DNA from: Coleofasciculus sp. B1-GNL1-01
GTDB lineage: Bacteria > Cyanobacteriota > Cyanobacteriia > Cyanobacteriales > Coleofasciculaceae
Reading direction: 5' to 3' (one strand)
Assembly: GCA_040220235.1 (NCBI GenBank)
Contig: JAVJTO010000123.1
DNA length: 64,000 nucleotides
Of this stretch, positions 32,581-43,577 are shown in pieces. Positions within the stretch are counted from its first letter, which is position 1. Each line of letters starts with the position of its first letter. A program made the position numbers and the translations under genes. The notes beneath the pieces are model-generated. The model had not been told where the DNA came from and made no database searches. It worked only from the letters and a program-made list of their open reading frames with translations.

Positions 32581-32685
32581 CTCTACTATCAGGATAATCC
32601 CGTTAAGTCATTCAATGATAAATAGTTTGTGCCAAAGTACTGGTCTCAATTGGACAAAGTAATCACCCACATGACATCCTGTCTG
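32581..32685 (-). promoter_or_regulatory. Partial copy of the shared upstream element, before tpsB
   Basis: GTTTGTGCCAAAGTACTGGTCTCAATTGGACAAAGT aligns with GTTTGTGCCAAGGTGATGGTAGAAACTGGACAAGT at 51056. Confidence 0.5.
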
Positions 32686-33306
32686 TCTGATGGGAACAAT
32701 TTTGATATGACGGGTGGATAATTGCATCCCCATTCCCTTTTGAGCCGGAAGTAGATGCATTAAACAGCTTTTTTGTCAAATATGCCTCGAAATGAGTCGA
32801 TCAAATTGGGTAATGAAACCTGATTGTAGTATTTTAATTTTTCCGGCGCTAGGGATAATAAAATAACGCATGATCAAGGCGTTTCCGGAATAGTTGGTTA
32901 AAAATGGTTACAAAAATAACCCAATACAGCATAACAATAACGTTATACTACACCCTCAAACCCAAGTCAAATCAGGATTTGCCTGGGGCATTTTCTGCCT
33001 GCCCGAATTCCGCTTATCTTTAGACTATTAAAACCTAAACGTCAAAATTAAAAGTTTTACTTATATAGAGGGGCTTCGTCACCATGAAGCTAAGTTAAAA
33101 AGGAAGACAGCGCCCCAACAAACTAAATTATCAGAGTTGGTGGGGTGGTGCGATCGCGCGAGGATGCGAGAGCTTTTGTTGCACGGGAGAAGGGGAAGCA
33201 GATTTTCTTGCTCCCCTCTTGCTCCCCTCTTGCTCCCCTCTCCCAAGCTTGGGAGAGGGGCTGGGGGTGAGGGCTGGCGTGGGTGAGGGGTTCACCTTAA
33301 GTTGAC

Positions 33307-33392
33307 GGGCGCACGTCGGTGGGGATTGGGCGCACGTCGGTGGGGATTGGGCGCACGTCGGTGGGGATTGGGCGCACGTCGGTGCGCCCCTA
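33307..33392. repeat. 21-bp tandem repeat GGGCGCACGTCGGTGGGGATT (x3 plus a partial unit ending in a REP-like palindrome)
   Basis: Directly visible. The same GGGCGCACGTCGGT core recurs at ~46200, ~57079-57120 and, reversed, at ~56815. Confidence 0.9.
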
Positions 33393-33424
33393 CGTGGATA
33401 AACGGCAAAAATCTGTTGCCAATA

Positions 33425-36400
33425 TTATTGATCGCATTCCCGACTCATGATCAATTCCCCATTGGGGAGTCGATATATCCCTGTGGGTTCGATAATCGGA
33501 TCACCGATTTTCCAAGGGCGACGAGTTGAGGAGGAAGAGTCTTCCCCATCTCCCTCACGGGGAATTGACCGCACCGTCCCCATCTGATACCGTGTAACAT
33601 AAGCATCCCCAGGGCGAAACGGGATACCCCCCGTACCCGTAATAAAGAAGCTACCCCGTTGCGGTTCATGGCGACGGGCGATGCAACTTTCGGCAATTAG
33701 TTCGTCGGTGTCGATTCCATTGCCCGATAACTGAATGAAGCTGTTCTCGATAAAGCCAGTGTCGGATGTGATGGTGATGACGCCTTCAACAGCACCGGTG
33801 GCATTGATATCCACGCGATCGTTATGATCTAAGGTACGAGGATCAGTGCCTTTGGGCGCAGGTTTGTAGTTTTGACCAAAGAAAGCGGGAGTGGTGAGGG
33901 TGATATCGCCGCCTTTTCCATCCTGGGCGAATGCCAGGATATCGCTGTCATTCAGGGCGATAATCGAGTCAGCCGTGAGGGTAATATTACCGCCACCGCC
34001 AGCACCTGAGGCAACGCGGCTGGTGATATCGCTATCTTCAAACAGGTGGATATCCGCAGCGGTAATCGTAATCGCCCCCCCCGCCGACTGTTCGGTTGAG
34101 GTGGCAATGGTGCCATTGGTGGCGGTGAGTTGTCCGGTATTAATCGTGATATTCCCAGCTTTAGCAACACCCGTCGATTGGGCGGATAACTGGGCTTGAT
34201 TCAGGGTAAAGGATTCTGTGGCGTTGATGGTGAGATTACCGCCTAAGCCAGATGAGTTAGGGGAGGCGGTGGAAGCTGAGATGGTTGCACCATCGGCAAT
34301 GGTGAGATTTTTGGTATCAATCGTCAGGTTTCCTGCTGCACCCTCACCCGTGGTTTCCACCGCAAGTGTACCTTGTCCGCGAATGGTGATGGCTTCCGGT
34401 GCGCTTACTTCCAGGTTTCCACCTCTACCACTGCCAGAGGTGGAGGCAGAGATGCGGGATTGGGGCGCTAGGGTAATGTCTAGGGTGGATTGATTCTCAT
34501 AAGGTTTCAGGGTTAAAGTGCCGGCGGGGGTTTGTCCTTGGGTGTCGGCAAAGACACCGACGATTCCGGCTAAATTCATGGTGGAGGCGTTTAAGGTGAT
34601 ACTACCCCCGCCTTCGGGATTCATCGCGTCTTGGGTGGCGGTGGCGGTGATGCGGGCGGTGTCGGAGAGGGTGAGGCTGGGGGTATTCACAATAATATTG
34701 CCGGCTTTGCCCGTGTTACTTGTTTCTACAGACAGAACCGGGGAAAAATCATCCACACCCAGACCGAGATTTACGGCGGTGGTAGCATTAACGGTGATGG
34801 TGCCACTATCGCCACTCCCCTCGGTGAAGGCGAAGATTTCTGCTCCCTGGGCAATGGTTAAGGTGGAGGTATCTAGGGTAATCGTGCCGGCGTTTCCAGT
34901 TCCTCTGGTTTCTGTGGTAATCCTGCCTTCTCCCTGGATTGTGATCGCATCTGGCGCTTTTATCTGGATGTCTCCCCCGGTGGCTTGGGTGAAGGGGGAA
35001 TTAGTGGAAGCCGAAATAGAGGTTTCTGGTGCCAGGTTAATCGTGAGGTTTTCTTGGGTGGGGTGGGATTGAAGGGTAATATTCCCCGCCTTGCCAGAAC
35101 TTTCTGTGGTGGTGGCTATTTGAGCGCCGTTTTCTAGGGTTAATTCGGGGGTGGTGAGGGTAATGTTTCCAGCATTGCCAAAGGTTTCTGGGGGGGTTTG
35201 GGTATCGCTATTTTCTTCTGGGATGGTTTCGGCAAATAAACCGCCGCGTTGAGGTGTGTCTTGGTAGGAATATAAGCCTTGGAACGTTATGCCATTTCCG
35301 GCATTGATGAAGATATCTCCTGCATCTCCGCTATTGCTGGTGTTACTGATAATTTGACTATTATTGAACGTGACTCGACCTGGGCTAGTAATCTTGACTT
35401 CACCAGCATTATCGCTACCATTGGTGTCACTTTCAATAGAACTGTTGTTGAAGGTGAGATTGCCTGAACTGGTGACGGTGACATCGCCGGATTGTCCTTC
35501 ACCGCCAACATCTAAGATTGTGGATACACTAGAAAATGGTACATCTACTTCCACCCGCCTGCTAGTGAGGATGCGGGTATTGGTCACGGATAAATCCCCA
35601 AACCCTGTTATTTCAACCGTTCCAGCTTGATTTGAAGACGATAGGGTTAAAATTTCCAGGTTGGTGATAGCGTTTCCAGCTTTTAAGGTGACATTTCCAC
35701 CATTTCCGGCTTCTCCTGCTTCTGAAAGGGCAAAGGAAGCTAGGAGTAAGTTAGCAGAAGTGCCGATAATATCGCCATCTCTAGCAATGAGGGAAATCTC
35801 TCCCCCATTTCCGGCATCACCCTCCCTCGAGTAAGAGTAGGAGTTCACCCGTGAATCATCGCCAAAAGAGATATCGCCACCGCTCAAGCTGATTTTTCCC
35901 CCATTTCCATTGCCAGAATCAGAGGAAGAGCTGGAGTCAACCAGTGAGTCATCGCCAAAGGAGATATCGCCGCCGCCCAAGCTGATATCTCCCCCATCTC
36001 CTGCATTGCCATCACCAAAAGAGGAAGAGCTGGAGTCCACCCCTGAGTGATCGCCAAAAGAGATATCGCCGCCGATGAAGCTGATATCTCCCCCATTTCC
36101 ATTGCCAGAACGATAGGAAGAGCCGGAGTACACCCATGAGCGATCGCCAAAAGAGATATCGCCGCCGATGAAGCTGATATCTCCCCCATCTCCCCCATCT
36201 CCAGCATTGCCATCACCAAAAGAGAAAGAGCTGGAGTCCACCCATGAGTTATCGCCAAAAGAGATATCGCCGCCGATGAAGCTGATATCTCCCCCATCTC
36301 CCGCATTGCCATCAAAAGAGGCAGAGGCGGAGATCACCCATGAGTCATCGCCAAAAGAGATATCGCCGCCGATGAAGCTGATATCTCCCCCATCTCCAGT

Positions 36401-38077
36401 ATTGCCTTCAATAGAGAAAGAGTAGGAGAAAACCCATGAGTCATCGCCAAACGTGATATCGTTACCTGCACTCAAGCGAATCTCTCCCCCATTTCCGGTA
36501 TCACCCCCACCCGAGTAGGAACCAGAAACTATCTCTTGGGAAACAATATTCCCCTGTGCCATCAGAATAATTGCTCCCCCATTAGCGGCATTCTGATTAA
36601 AATTGGGTTCAGGCTCAATAAAACCAAATTCATCTTTAACAACAGCACCGGATGCGGACAAGAGTTCTGTACTAAAAATATCCCCCCGACTATCAATCGT
36701 AATCGCGCCCCCATCCCCGCTTCTATTCATCGTATCAATCCGGCTAACTCGAATATCCCCCGCTAAATTCGACTGATACTGATTGGTTAAAAATACCACT
36801 CCCCCAGGATTCGTCACATTACCATCAATCCTTATATCTCCCCTCATCCCCATCCCCCCTGTACCGGGAACCATGGGCGAAAAACCAGCCGTTTCCCCTG
36901 TCACCCCCACTGTATCAAAAGCAGTTGTCCCCGCCCGAATATCCAGGGTTGGCTGTTTTGAACCATCAATCTCTATACGTGTCTCATCCGATAAAATCAC
37001 CGTCTCCTGAATCGAATTATCAGAAGTATCTGTCCCCGTAATCTCCACATCCCCCGTAATCCTGACACTCCCCCCCGCTAAAATATGCAGAGAAGCTCCT
37101 TGATAACTATCAAAACTTACATCCCCACTGGCACGAATAATGGGATCTCCAGGACTAAATAAACGCCCCAAATTCCCATTCAACTGTTCAATCCGAAAAC
37201 TTCCCCCACTCCAATACTGAGCATCCCCGCCCACATCAGCCGCACTTCGCAGCACCATATCCCCACCGGAAAACAACCCCGAATCGGGATGATTCAAGGC
37301 AAAAATATCAATCCCTTGATTTCCCGTTACCAGCAGATTTCCCCCAGCATCGGCGATAAACGGATTGGTCTGACTATCCCGAATCGTTACTGTATCCTGT
37401 GCTTGTAGGGTTAAATCTCTCCCCGAACCTAACTGTCCCTGTAAATCCAAATTCTCCCCATCTAAGGTCAGATTTCGTCCCGTGGTTAAATTCCCCCGAT
37501 TCGTAATCTTACCCCCCGCCGCTTCTACCGCATTATAAAATAGCGCCCCAGGACTTACTGAGAGTAAACGACTACTCTTCGGTTGAGTCGCACTAAAAAC
37601 CCCATCCTCCCCTAACTCTATCCCTGATGCTGTGGTGGCGACAAAAGACCCTTCTATATCTAAACTGGCATTTTCCCCAAATAAAATCCCATTGGGATTG
37701 AGTAAAAATAGATTCGCTTCACCCAATACCCCTAACCTGCCCAATATAGTCGAGACATTATCCCCAGTAACACGGGAGAGGATATTTTCTATCCCATCAG
37801 GATTGGCAAAATAAACCCCTCTGCCTTCGGCAATATTAAACTCTAAGAAACTATGAAACAGATTCGCGCCGCGAGTGGCGCCCCCATCAATTCTGTCGCT
37901 GAGTATCTCTCGTATTACATCAGGGGTAACCACAGAACTTTCCGCCCCCAGGGTATCATCCGGTATCACCTGGGCGACGACTCCCTCATTTCCCCCAGTT
38001 GAGAACATCCCCACCAACACCACACTACCGACAACCAAAGACTGCCAACGGCGAGTGAACCAGTCTAGAGTAATCAT
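33425..38077 (-). CDS. TpsA filamentous haemagglutinin-like exoprotein 1
   Basis: Signal peptide, TPS domain (NLFHSF, NLFLLNPNGILFG), many G(N/D)GGxIxI beta-helix repeats, C-terminal SC…FFITGTGGIP. Start 38077 has an AGGAG RBS. Confidence 0.92.
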   Translation of the reverse strand: MITLDWFTRRWQSLVVGSVVLVGMFSTGGNEGVVAQVIPDDTLGAESSVVTPDVIREILSDRIDGGATRGANLFHSFLEFNIAEGRGVYFANPDGIENILSRVTGDNVSTILGRLGVLGEANLFLLNPNGILFGENASLDIEGSFVATTASGIELGEDGVFSATQPKSSRLLSVSPGALFYNAVEAAGGKITNRGNLTTGRNLTLDGENLDLQGQLGSGRDLTLQAQDTVTIRDSQTNPFIADAGGNLLVTGNQGIDIFALNHPDSGLFSGGDMVLRSAADVGGDAQYWSGGSFRIEQLNGNLGRLFSPGDPIIRASGDVSFDSYQGASLHILAGGSVRITGDVEITGTDTSDNSIQETVILSDETRIEIDGSKQPTLDIRAGTTAFDTVGVTGETAGFSPMVPGTGGMGMRGDIRIDGNVTNPGGVVFLTNQYQSNLAGDIRVSRIDTMNRSGDGGAITIDSRGDIFSTELLSASGAVVKDEFGFIEPEPNFNQNAANGGAIILMAQGNIVSQEIVSGSYSGGGDTGNGGEIRLSAGNDITFGDDSWVFSYSFSIEGNTGDGGDISFIGGDISFGDDSWVISASASFDGNAGDGGDISFIGGDISFGDNSWVDSSSFSFGDGNAGDGGDGGDISFIGGDISFGDRSWVYSGSSYRSGNGNGGDISFIGGDISFGDHSGVDSSSSSFGDGNAGDGGDISLGGGDISFGDDSLVDSSSSSDSGNGNGGKISLSGGDISFGDDSRVNSYSYSREGDAGNGGEISLIARDGDIIGTSANLLLASFALSEAGEAGNGGNVTLKAGNAITNLEILTLSSSNQAGTVEITGFGDLSVTNTRILTSRRVEVDVPFSSVSTILDVGGEGQSGDVTVTSSGNLTFNNSSIESDTNGSDNAGEVKITSPGRVTFNNSQIISNTSNSGDAGDIFINAGNGITFQGLYSYQDTPQRGGLFAETIPEENSDTQTPPETFGNAGNITLTTPELTLENGAQIATTTESSGKAGNITLQSHPTQENLTINLAPETSISASTNSPFTQATGGDIQIKAPDAITIQGEGRITTETRGTGNAGTITLDTSTLTIAQGAEIFAFTEGSGDSGTITVNATTAVNLGLGVDDFSPVLSVETSNTGKAGNIIVNTPSLTLSDTARITATATQDAMNPEGGGSITLNASTMNLAGIVGVFADTQGQTPAGTLTLKPYENQSTLDITLAPQSRISASTSGSGRGGNLEVSAPEAITIRGQGTLAVETTGEGAAGNLTIDTKNLTIADGATISASTASPNSSGLGGNLTINATESFTLNQAQLSAQSTGVAKAGNITINTGQLTATNGTIATSTEQSAGGAITITAADIHLFEDSDITSRVASGAGGGGNITLTADSIIALNDSDILAFAQDGKGGDITLTTPAFFGQNYKPAPKGTDPRTLDHNDRVDINATGAVEGVITITSDTGFIENSFIQLSGNGIDTDELIAESCIARRHEPQRGSFFITGTGGIPFRPGDAYVTRYQMGTVRSIPREGDGEDSSSSTRRPWKIGDPIIEPTGIYRLPNGELIMSRECDQ

Positions 38078-38890
38078 AGTAAACGTCTCCTGAGCGAGTA
38101 AGGGGATTGTTATCAACTTCAGCCGAGGGAAAATTAAGCTGTTCGGCATTTAAACCTTAATGTCAATCATGACGAAATCCTTGCCGTAGTGCGTTTAGCG
38201 AAGCCATGCCGCAGGCTTTAGCGAAGCCATGCCGCAGGCTTTGCATCTTGCTCGCTACATTGAGCATCTTGCTCGCTACTAATACCCAATTTAAATGCAT
38301 GACAGCTTAGGTATCGGATACTACCAAATAACCCCAAAACCAACAGTGGGCAAACCAGCAAGGTTGAGTTGACACAAATTAAGGGAACCAAGCCCTGTTG
38401 ATATAGATTTTTATACTATAAACCGAATTATCCCATAGTTTGACAAAAAAAGTAGCTACGAATAAAATCCACCTCAATAACCCAATTTTCCCACACCAAT
38501 ACCCACAGGTATAAAATAACAACACCACTCAACTTAAGCCACAACCCCCTCACCCCCAGCCCCTCTCCCGACCCCCCTCGTTCCCCCCTACAAGAGGGGG
38601 GATGACAGAGGATGCTTCGCTTTTTTTGCACGGGAGAGGGGAGCAAGAGGGGAACCATGTTGCTTTCCTTTGCGTGATACCAAAAACGTCTTTATTTAAC
38701 TAACTTTCACAGTATGTGGCGTAACGAAGGGAGGTAAGTTTTGAGTGGGAGAGTGGGAGATTGTGTAGGGGCGGGTTTCACGACTATCTTGTCGGTTTCA
38801 TCCAGATGTGACTAAACCCGCCCCGACCCAGGTTTCTAGACTTCCCTTAACAGTTCCCCTTCTCCCATAAAACAAAAGCGAAGCATCCTT

Positions 38891-39613
38891 TCACGTCAAT
38901 CCTGCTTGATTCAACTGCTCATATAACCACGCCTCAAACAATTCATTCAGCAACCGCTGGCGCATCGCTTCATTCAACTGTGCTGGAATCAACTTCTCTA
39001 ATCGGACAACAGTATACCCATCTCTTGCCGGTTGAGGCGACCAAACTTGACCCGATTGACTACTGCGAAGTAATCCCGCTAAATTAGGACTCAGACTACC
39101 CAACTCAACCGGACCAATCAATCCCCCCCATTTCGCCTCTGACCCTTGAGAAAATTCACGAGCCAATTCAGCAAAGATTTGTTCCCCTTTCTTCAGACTC
39201 AAATAAAGTTGAAACGCCACCGCAAACTCTCTCGTCCTTAAACAGGAATAAACCACTCGATCTAACTCTCGTTTCCGCTGACGGAAATAATACTCCAATT
39301 GATGTCCCCAAGTGGCTTGTTTAAACATTTCCAATCGAATCCGCTGCTTGAACACCGCTTCTAATTCAGTCTGACCCATCCCACAACGCTTTAACCACGC
39401 TTGGAATTCATCTTCCCCCTTCAAATTATTGCGTTGACAGAATAACTGACAAGCCTTACGGACATCCTCATCCGTACAATCAAAGGGCGCGATCGCCTGA
39501 TTAATCAAACTCTCCCGTAACCCTGGCGGAATCAGCGATGCACGAACAACCATAGGCGTAACTTTTTTATCCGTACTGCGGCGGTTTGGGTGGTGTAAAA
39601 AGGTGGTCATCAT
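38891..39613 (-). CDS. PpiC/parvulin-type peptidyl-prolyl isomerase-like protein
   Basis: LDRVVYSCLR…FAELAREFSQGSEAKWGGLIGPVEL…VVRLEKLIPAQL. This type is commonly found beside cyanobacterial type I exporters. Confidence 0.85.
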   Translation of the reverse strand: MMTTFLHHPNRRSTDKKVTPMVVRASLIPPGLRESLINQAIAPFDCTDEDVRKACQLFCQRNNLKGEDEFQAWLKRCGMGQTELEAVFKQRIRLEMFKQATWGHQLEYYFRQRKRELDRVVYSCLRTREFAVAFQLYLSLKKGEQIFAELAREFSQGSEAKWGGLIGPVELGSLSPNLAGLLRSSQSGQVWSPQPARDGYTVVRLEKLIPAQLNEAMRQRLLNELFEAWLYEQLNQAGLT

Positions 39614-39655
39614 CTTGCTTAAACCCTAAAAAAACAGGTAAAATTAACAAAGTAT

Positions 39656-39829
39656 TTAACGAATCAGAATCATCAAGGCTGAATTCAAAGACTGTCCTAG
39701 ATTCCCGTTTCGCCCAAACACAAATTCACTGTAATCAGCTAAATTATCAAGTCCTAAAAGGTTGAGAATAATTTCCGTGACTAGCCAGAGTGTGGTAGTA
39801 AAAACGAGCTTCTTCCAATGAATGTGCAT
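39656..39829 (-). CDS. Small membrane protein (57 aa)
   Basis: MHIHWKKLVFTTTLWLVTEIILNLLGLDNLADYSEFVF. GAGGAG RBS before ATG 39829. Confidence 0.75.
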   Translation of the reverse strand: MHIHWKKLVFTTTLWLVTEIILNLLGLDNLADYSEFVFGRNGNLGQSLNSALMILIR

Positions 39830-39884
39830 GGCTTTTGTCTCCTCAACTCCCTGGCTTCCTGCGTTTCCGGCTTTCAACAGCGTT

Positions 39885-39984
39885 CATTACTTAACACAAT
39901 AAAAAAAAGAGCTGGATTAGACACCCCCCTCTTCTGCCAACTTCCTGACACAATTGTGTTAACCGACTTGCCGAAAACTGCAAT
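39885..39984 (-). promoter_or_regulatory. Shared upstream element, 22-bp-shorter variant
   Basis: CATTACTTAACACAATA at offset 0, TGCCAA at offset 50 (as in the full copies), TGCCGAAAACTGCAA at offset 84 instead of 106. Confidence 0.7.
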
Positions 39985-40132
39985 AGCCATGGCTAAATCC
40001 TGTAATTACTGGTTCTCAACCTGGCATTCAACCTGGTAGAAAACCTTAATCCCTTACCTCAACGAGTTGTTTATTGTAATTATCAAATGAATCCTAATAA
40101 TTTAAACCCAACTCAACCATTCAGCCAAATAT

Positions 40133-40438
40133 ATGATGCAATTTAAACCCACTACTCCCTCAACCCTACGACCCAGCACCGTAGTACTCAGACCCAGTGG
40201 TTGTCTAGATAGTTCTCGCAGTCCCGCGTTTAGGAAGTCTCTAGAACAAGCCTTAGAATTAGCAACGGATACCGTGATTGTAGATTTACTATCCGTCAAC
40301 GTAATTAAAGCCGAAGGAATTCGCAGCCTAATTGCAGGGATGAAACAAGCCGCTGCATTGGGAAAAACCCTATCTTTAGAATTTGTGGACGCCGTGACGC
40401 GGATGATTTTAGAAGAACAATTGCAGAATTTAAGCTGA
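40133..40438 (+). CDS. STAS domain protein (anti-sigma-factor antagonist-like)
   Basis: VVLRPSGCLDS…FRKSLEQAL…VIVDLLSVNVI…GIRSLIAG…GKTLSL. Confidence 0.8.
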   Translation: MMQFKPTTPSTLRPSTVVLRPSGCLDSSRSPAFRKSLEQALELATDTVIVDLLSVNVIKAEGIRSLIAGMKQAAALGKTLSLEFVDAVTRMILEEQLQNLS

Positions 40439-40442
40439 TAAG

Positions 40443-40605
40443 TGTCATTCGTCATTGGTCATTCGTCATTCGTCATTCGTCATTTGTTAGGGAATGGGGA
40501 ATGGGGAATAGGGAATGGGAAAAAGGTAGAGTTTTGAGTTAACTTCCCTATCTCCCCCAGCTCCCCCTACTCCCCCTACTCCCCCAGCTCCCCCCATCTC
40601 CCCAC
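40443..40605. repeat. Mixed GTCATTC / GGGAATG heptamer and CTCCCCCAG-type nonamer repeats
   Basis: Directly visible between convergent genes. Confidence 0.85.
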
Positions 40606-40610
40606 CAGCC

Positions 40611-43307
40611 CTAAACCATTTGCCGAACCATCAACTGAGCAAATAACCCCTCCACCGCCGCCAACTCCTCAAACGTTCCCTGTTGCACGATCCGCCCCCC
40701 TTCAATAACATAGATACGGTGAGCATGGCGAATCGTGCTGAGTCGATGGGCAATCACTAGCCGAGTCACCTGTAACTGATCCAAACTTGCACTGACAATC
40801 CCTTGAGTGCGATTATCTAACGCACTGGTCGCCTCATCAAAGAGTAAAATTCGCGGTTTCAAGACCAACGCCCTGGCTATCAATAACCGTTGCTGTTGTC
40901 CCCCCGACAAATTCCCGCCCCCCTCACTAATTACCGTATGCATTTCCATCGGCATTGCTGCAATATCATCCGCTAACCCCGCCATCCGCGCCGCGTCCCA
41001 GGCTTCATCCAACGTAATTTGAACCCCACTGGCAATGTTCTCAAAAATGCTCCCGGACAAAATCCGACCATTTTGCAGCACCACACCCAACTGTCGGCGC
41101 ACGGCGTTAATATCTAGCCCCGATAAGGCTTGACCATCATAATCAATCGTTCCCGACTCCGGGGTTTCAAATCCCAGCAATAATCGAAACAGCGTCGATT
41201 TCCCACTCCCAGAACGCCCGACAATGGCAATAAATTCCCCAGGTTCGGCATGAATACTCAAATTATCCAGGATCAGGGGAGCATCATCCCGGTAGCGGAA
41301 GCTCACCTGATTCACCCTAATTCTACCCATCAGTTTACCAGGATCTGCCTTGCTTAAACTCACCTCAGGTCTCGTCTCGACAATCGGCTGGAGACGTTGC
41401 CATTGGGGAATCACTTGCAAAACGTCCAGCGTTGTGTTACTTAAATCCGTAACCCCTTTAATAAACGTGCCAAATGCAGTGTTGAACGCCAAAAACGTGC
41501 CAATGGAGAGTCCCACATTCCCTGGGGTTTCCGCCGCCTCCAGCCGTTGCATCGTCAACCCAAACAGTAATCCCGATGCTAGGGTAGGCATGACCGTATT
41601 GAACAGCGTCACACTATCCTTAATCTGCTGCGTACTCAGATTCAGCTTCACTTGGCGACTATAGTTGTTACTCCACGTCGCAAACGCCCGCCCTTGGGCA
41701 CCGGCGATGCGGAGTTTTGCCATACCGTTAATCAACTGCACCGTCTGTCCGAAAATTGTCCCCTGCAGGGTTAGCAGTCGATAGGTTTTACCCACCAGCA
41801 AGGAACTCGCGATGAGAGTCAAGGCAATTGCTACCACCGCCACGACAACCGCCACCCAAGCCAATGGTACACTATAGTAAAATAACAGCGCCAAATTCAG
41901 CAATGCCAACCCAGCGCCAATAAAATGAATCACCGTCGTACCACCGAGTTGGCGGCGGATTTGACTAATGGAGGCGACACGAGACTGTAAGTTCCCCGCA
42001 CTGTAGCGGCGGAAAAAATAGACCGGTAAATTCAGCAATCGCTCCCAGACAGCCGCTTGGGTAGAGGTATCAGCCACCGTTTCCACTCGCAGCAGCGCCA
42101 ACCCTTGAGCAAACAGAAACAACGCCATTCCCATCGCCGCCACCAACAGTCCCGCCCCAACTTGCCATAATAAAGTGCGATCGCTATTCGGAATCGCCTG
42201 ATCCATTAAAATAGCCGTAGCTTGAGGCGTCAGCATACCCAACACCGTTGCGGCTATACCGGTGCCAAGAACCATGGGCAAGTCCTGAACCCGCCCCTTT
42301 ATGCTAAACTGCAAGACATCCCACGCCGTCAGCACCTTATCCGGCAGCGTCCGATAAAACATCCAGGCAAAAGCCGTCAAGGTTGAGGCATTCCGGGCAG
42401 TTACCGCTGTACGAGTCCCCAGCACGGGGTCAAAGATATCATAGCCCGTGGCTTTCCTGGGCAACAGCACAACAAGCTGATTATCACACTGTCTGTAGGC
42501 AACTAAAGCCCCACAATCCTTTTTCCACCAATCCTCTCGCAACAACACCCGCCGCATCTGAATCCGAGAGGCTCGCATAATCGCCTCCAACGGTTCCCTC
42601 AGCCGCTGGACATCTTCCGATTGACTCCCAGGGCGGATGGGGACACCCAACGCTTTTCCCACTGCACCCGCCGCCACTAACAAGGGTGAAGGGTTCAGGG
42701 AATCGGAGGTGGCTGGGGTTGCCAAGGTTGATGCCAATTCCCCGATGGCTTGGGCATTTACCTGACGATTCAGACATTCCTCGGCTTCCAGGCGTTGCTG
42801 GTGTTCGCGGTACTCGCGTTCTTCCTGGCGCTGAATCTGGTCAAATAACTGACCATGAACCTGGGATAACGTTTCCACCAGCGCATCAGGTTTAGACGTA
42901 ATTTCGGCAACTCCCTGACATCGGCTCTCGGTTTCGCGATCGCAGTATACCGTATAAACCTGTTGAAGCCAACCCGCTATCCAGTTCCTGACGTTATCAT
43001 CCCCCGTGGTAATTAACTGGCGAAACCATGTCCCGTCCAATTTTAGCAGCTCGGTCTCCCCAATCGGTACAACCAACAACTGGCGAAAAGACCCAGAAGC
43101 GGTGCCAAAAAGTGCCGCGCCAGAGTCACAACTAAATAGATAACGCCGAATTCCTTCTATCACACCTTGGTTTACCTTAACGGCAAATAGGGCAACAGAA
43201 CCCGACTGCACCAGCCAAACCGTCTGCGGGTCATCTAATAAGAATGGCTGATTTCCGTTAATTTTGTAAACTTGTCCCGGTAATTCTCGAATGGTTGGTG
43301 AAATCAT
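40611..43307 (-). CDS. NHLP-type bacteriocin export ABC transporter, permease/ATPase subunit (no peptidase Cys)
   Basis: N-terminal cNMP-like segment, R(R)VLLREDWWKKDCGALVAY, ABC TM domain, GRSGSGKST, LSGGQQQR, FDEATSALD. Confidence 0.92.
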   Translation of the reverse strand: MISPTIRELPGQVYKINGNQPFLLDDPQTVWLVQSGSVALFAVKVNQGVIEGIRRYLFSCDSGAALFGTASGSFRQLLVVPIGETELLKLDGTWFRQLITTGDDNVRNWIAGWLQQVYTVYCDRETESRCQGVAEITSKPDALVETLSQVHGQLFDQIQRQEEREYREHQQRLEAEECLNRQVNAQAIGELASTLATPATSDSLNPSPLLVAAGAVGKALGVPIRPGSQSEDVQRLREPLEAIMRASRIQMRRVLLREDWWKKDCGALVAYRQCDNQLVVLLPRKATGYDIFDPVLGTRTAVTARNASTLTAFAWMFYRTLPDKVLTAWDVLQFSIKGRVQDLPMVLGTGIAATVLGMLTPQATAILMDQAIPNSDRTLLWQVGAGLLVAAMGMALFLFAQGLALLRVETVADTSTQAAVWERLLNLPVYFFRRYSAGNLQSRVASISQIRRQLGGTTVIHFIGAGLALLNLALLFYYSVPLAWVAVVVAVVAIALTLIASSLLVGKTYRLLTLQGTIFGQTVQLINGMAKLRIAGAQGRAFATWSNNYSRQVKLNLSTQQIKDSVTLFNTVMPTLASGLLFGLTMQRLEAAETPGNVGLSIGTFLAFNTAFGTFIKGVTDLSNTTLDVLQVIPQWQRLQPIVETRPEVSLSKADPGKLMGRIRVNQVSFRYRDDAPLILDNLSIHAEPGEFIAIVGRSGSGKSTLFRLLLGFETPESGTIDYDGQALSGLDINAVRRQLGVVLQNGRILSGSIFENIASGVQITLDEAWDAARMAGLADDIAAMPMEMHTVISEGGGNLSGGQQQRLLIARALVLKPRILLFDEATSALDNRTQGIVSASLDQLQVTRLVIAHRLSTIRHAHRIYVIEGGRIVQQGTFEELAAVEGLFAQLMVRQMV

Positions 43308-43473
43308 GGGTTTTGAAGTAAATTGATTTTAAAGTTAACGGTTGAATAAATTCAAGTCATAAACTCGGCAAAAGGGGCGGGTTTAGTCGCATTTAGTTGC
43401 AACCAAAAAGATAGTTGTGAAACCCGCCCCTACAGATACATCCTGCCCAAAAAGCGTTGCGAAGGAACCCTTT

Positions 43474-43576
43474 ACAAATGACCAATGACAAATGACCAAT
43501 GACAAATGACCAATGACAAATGACCAATGACAAATGACCAATGACAAATGACCAATGACAAATGACCAATGACCAA
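43474..43576. repeat. ACAAATG-ACCAATG 14-mer tandem array (~7 copies)
   Basis: Directly visible. Confidence 0.95.
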
Positions 43577-43577
43577 C

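Noticed and set aside
33307..33392. Possible CRISPR array
   Set aside because: The 21-bp units are contiguous and identical with no unique spacers, and there are no cas genes.
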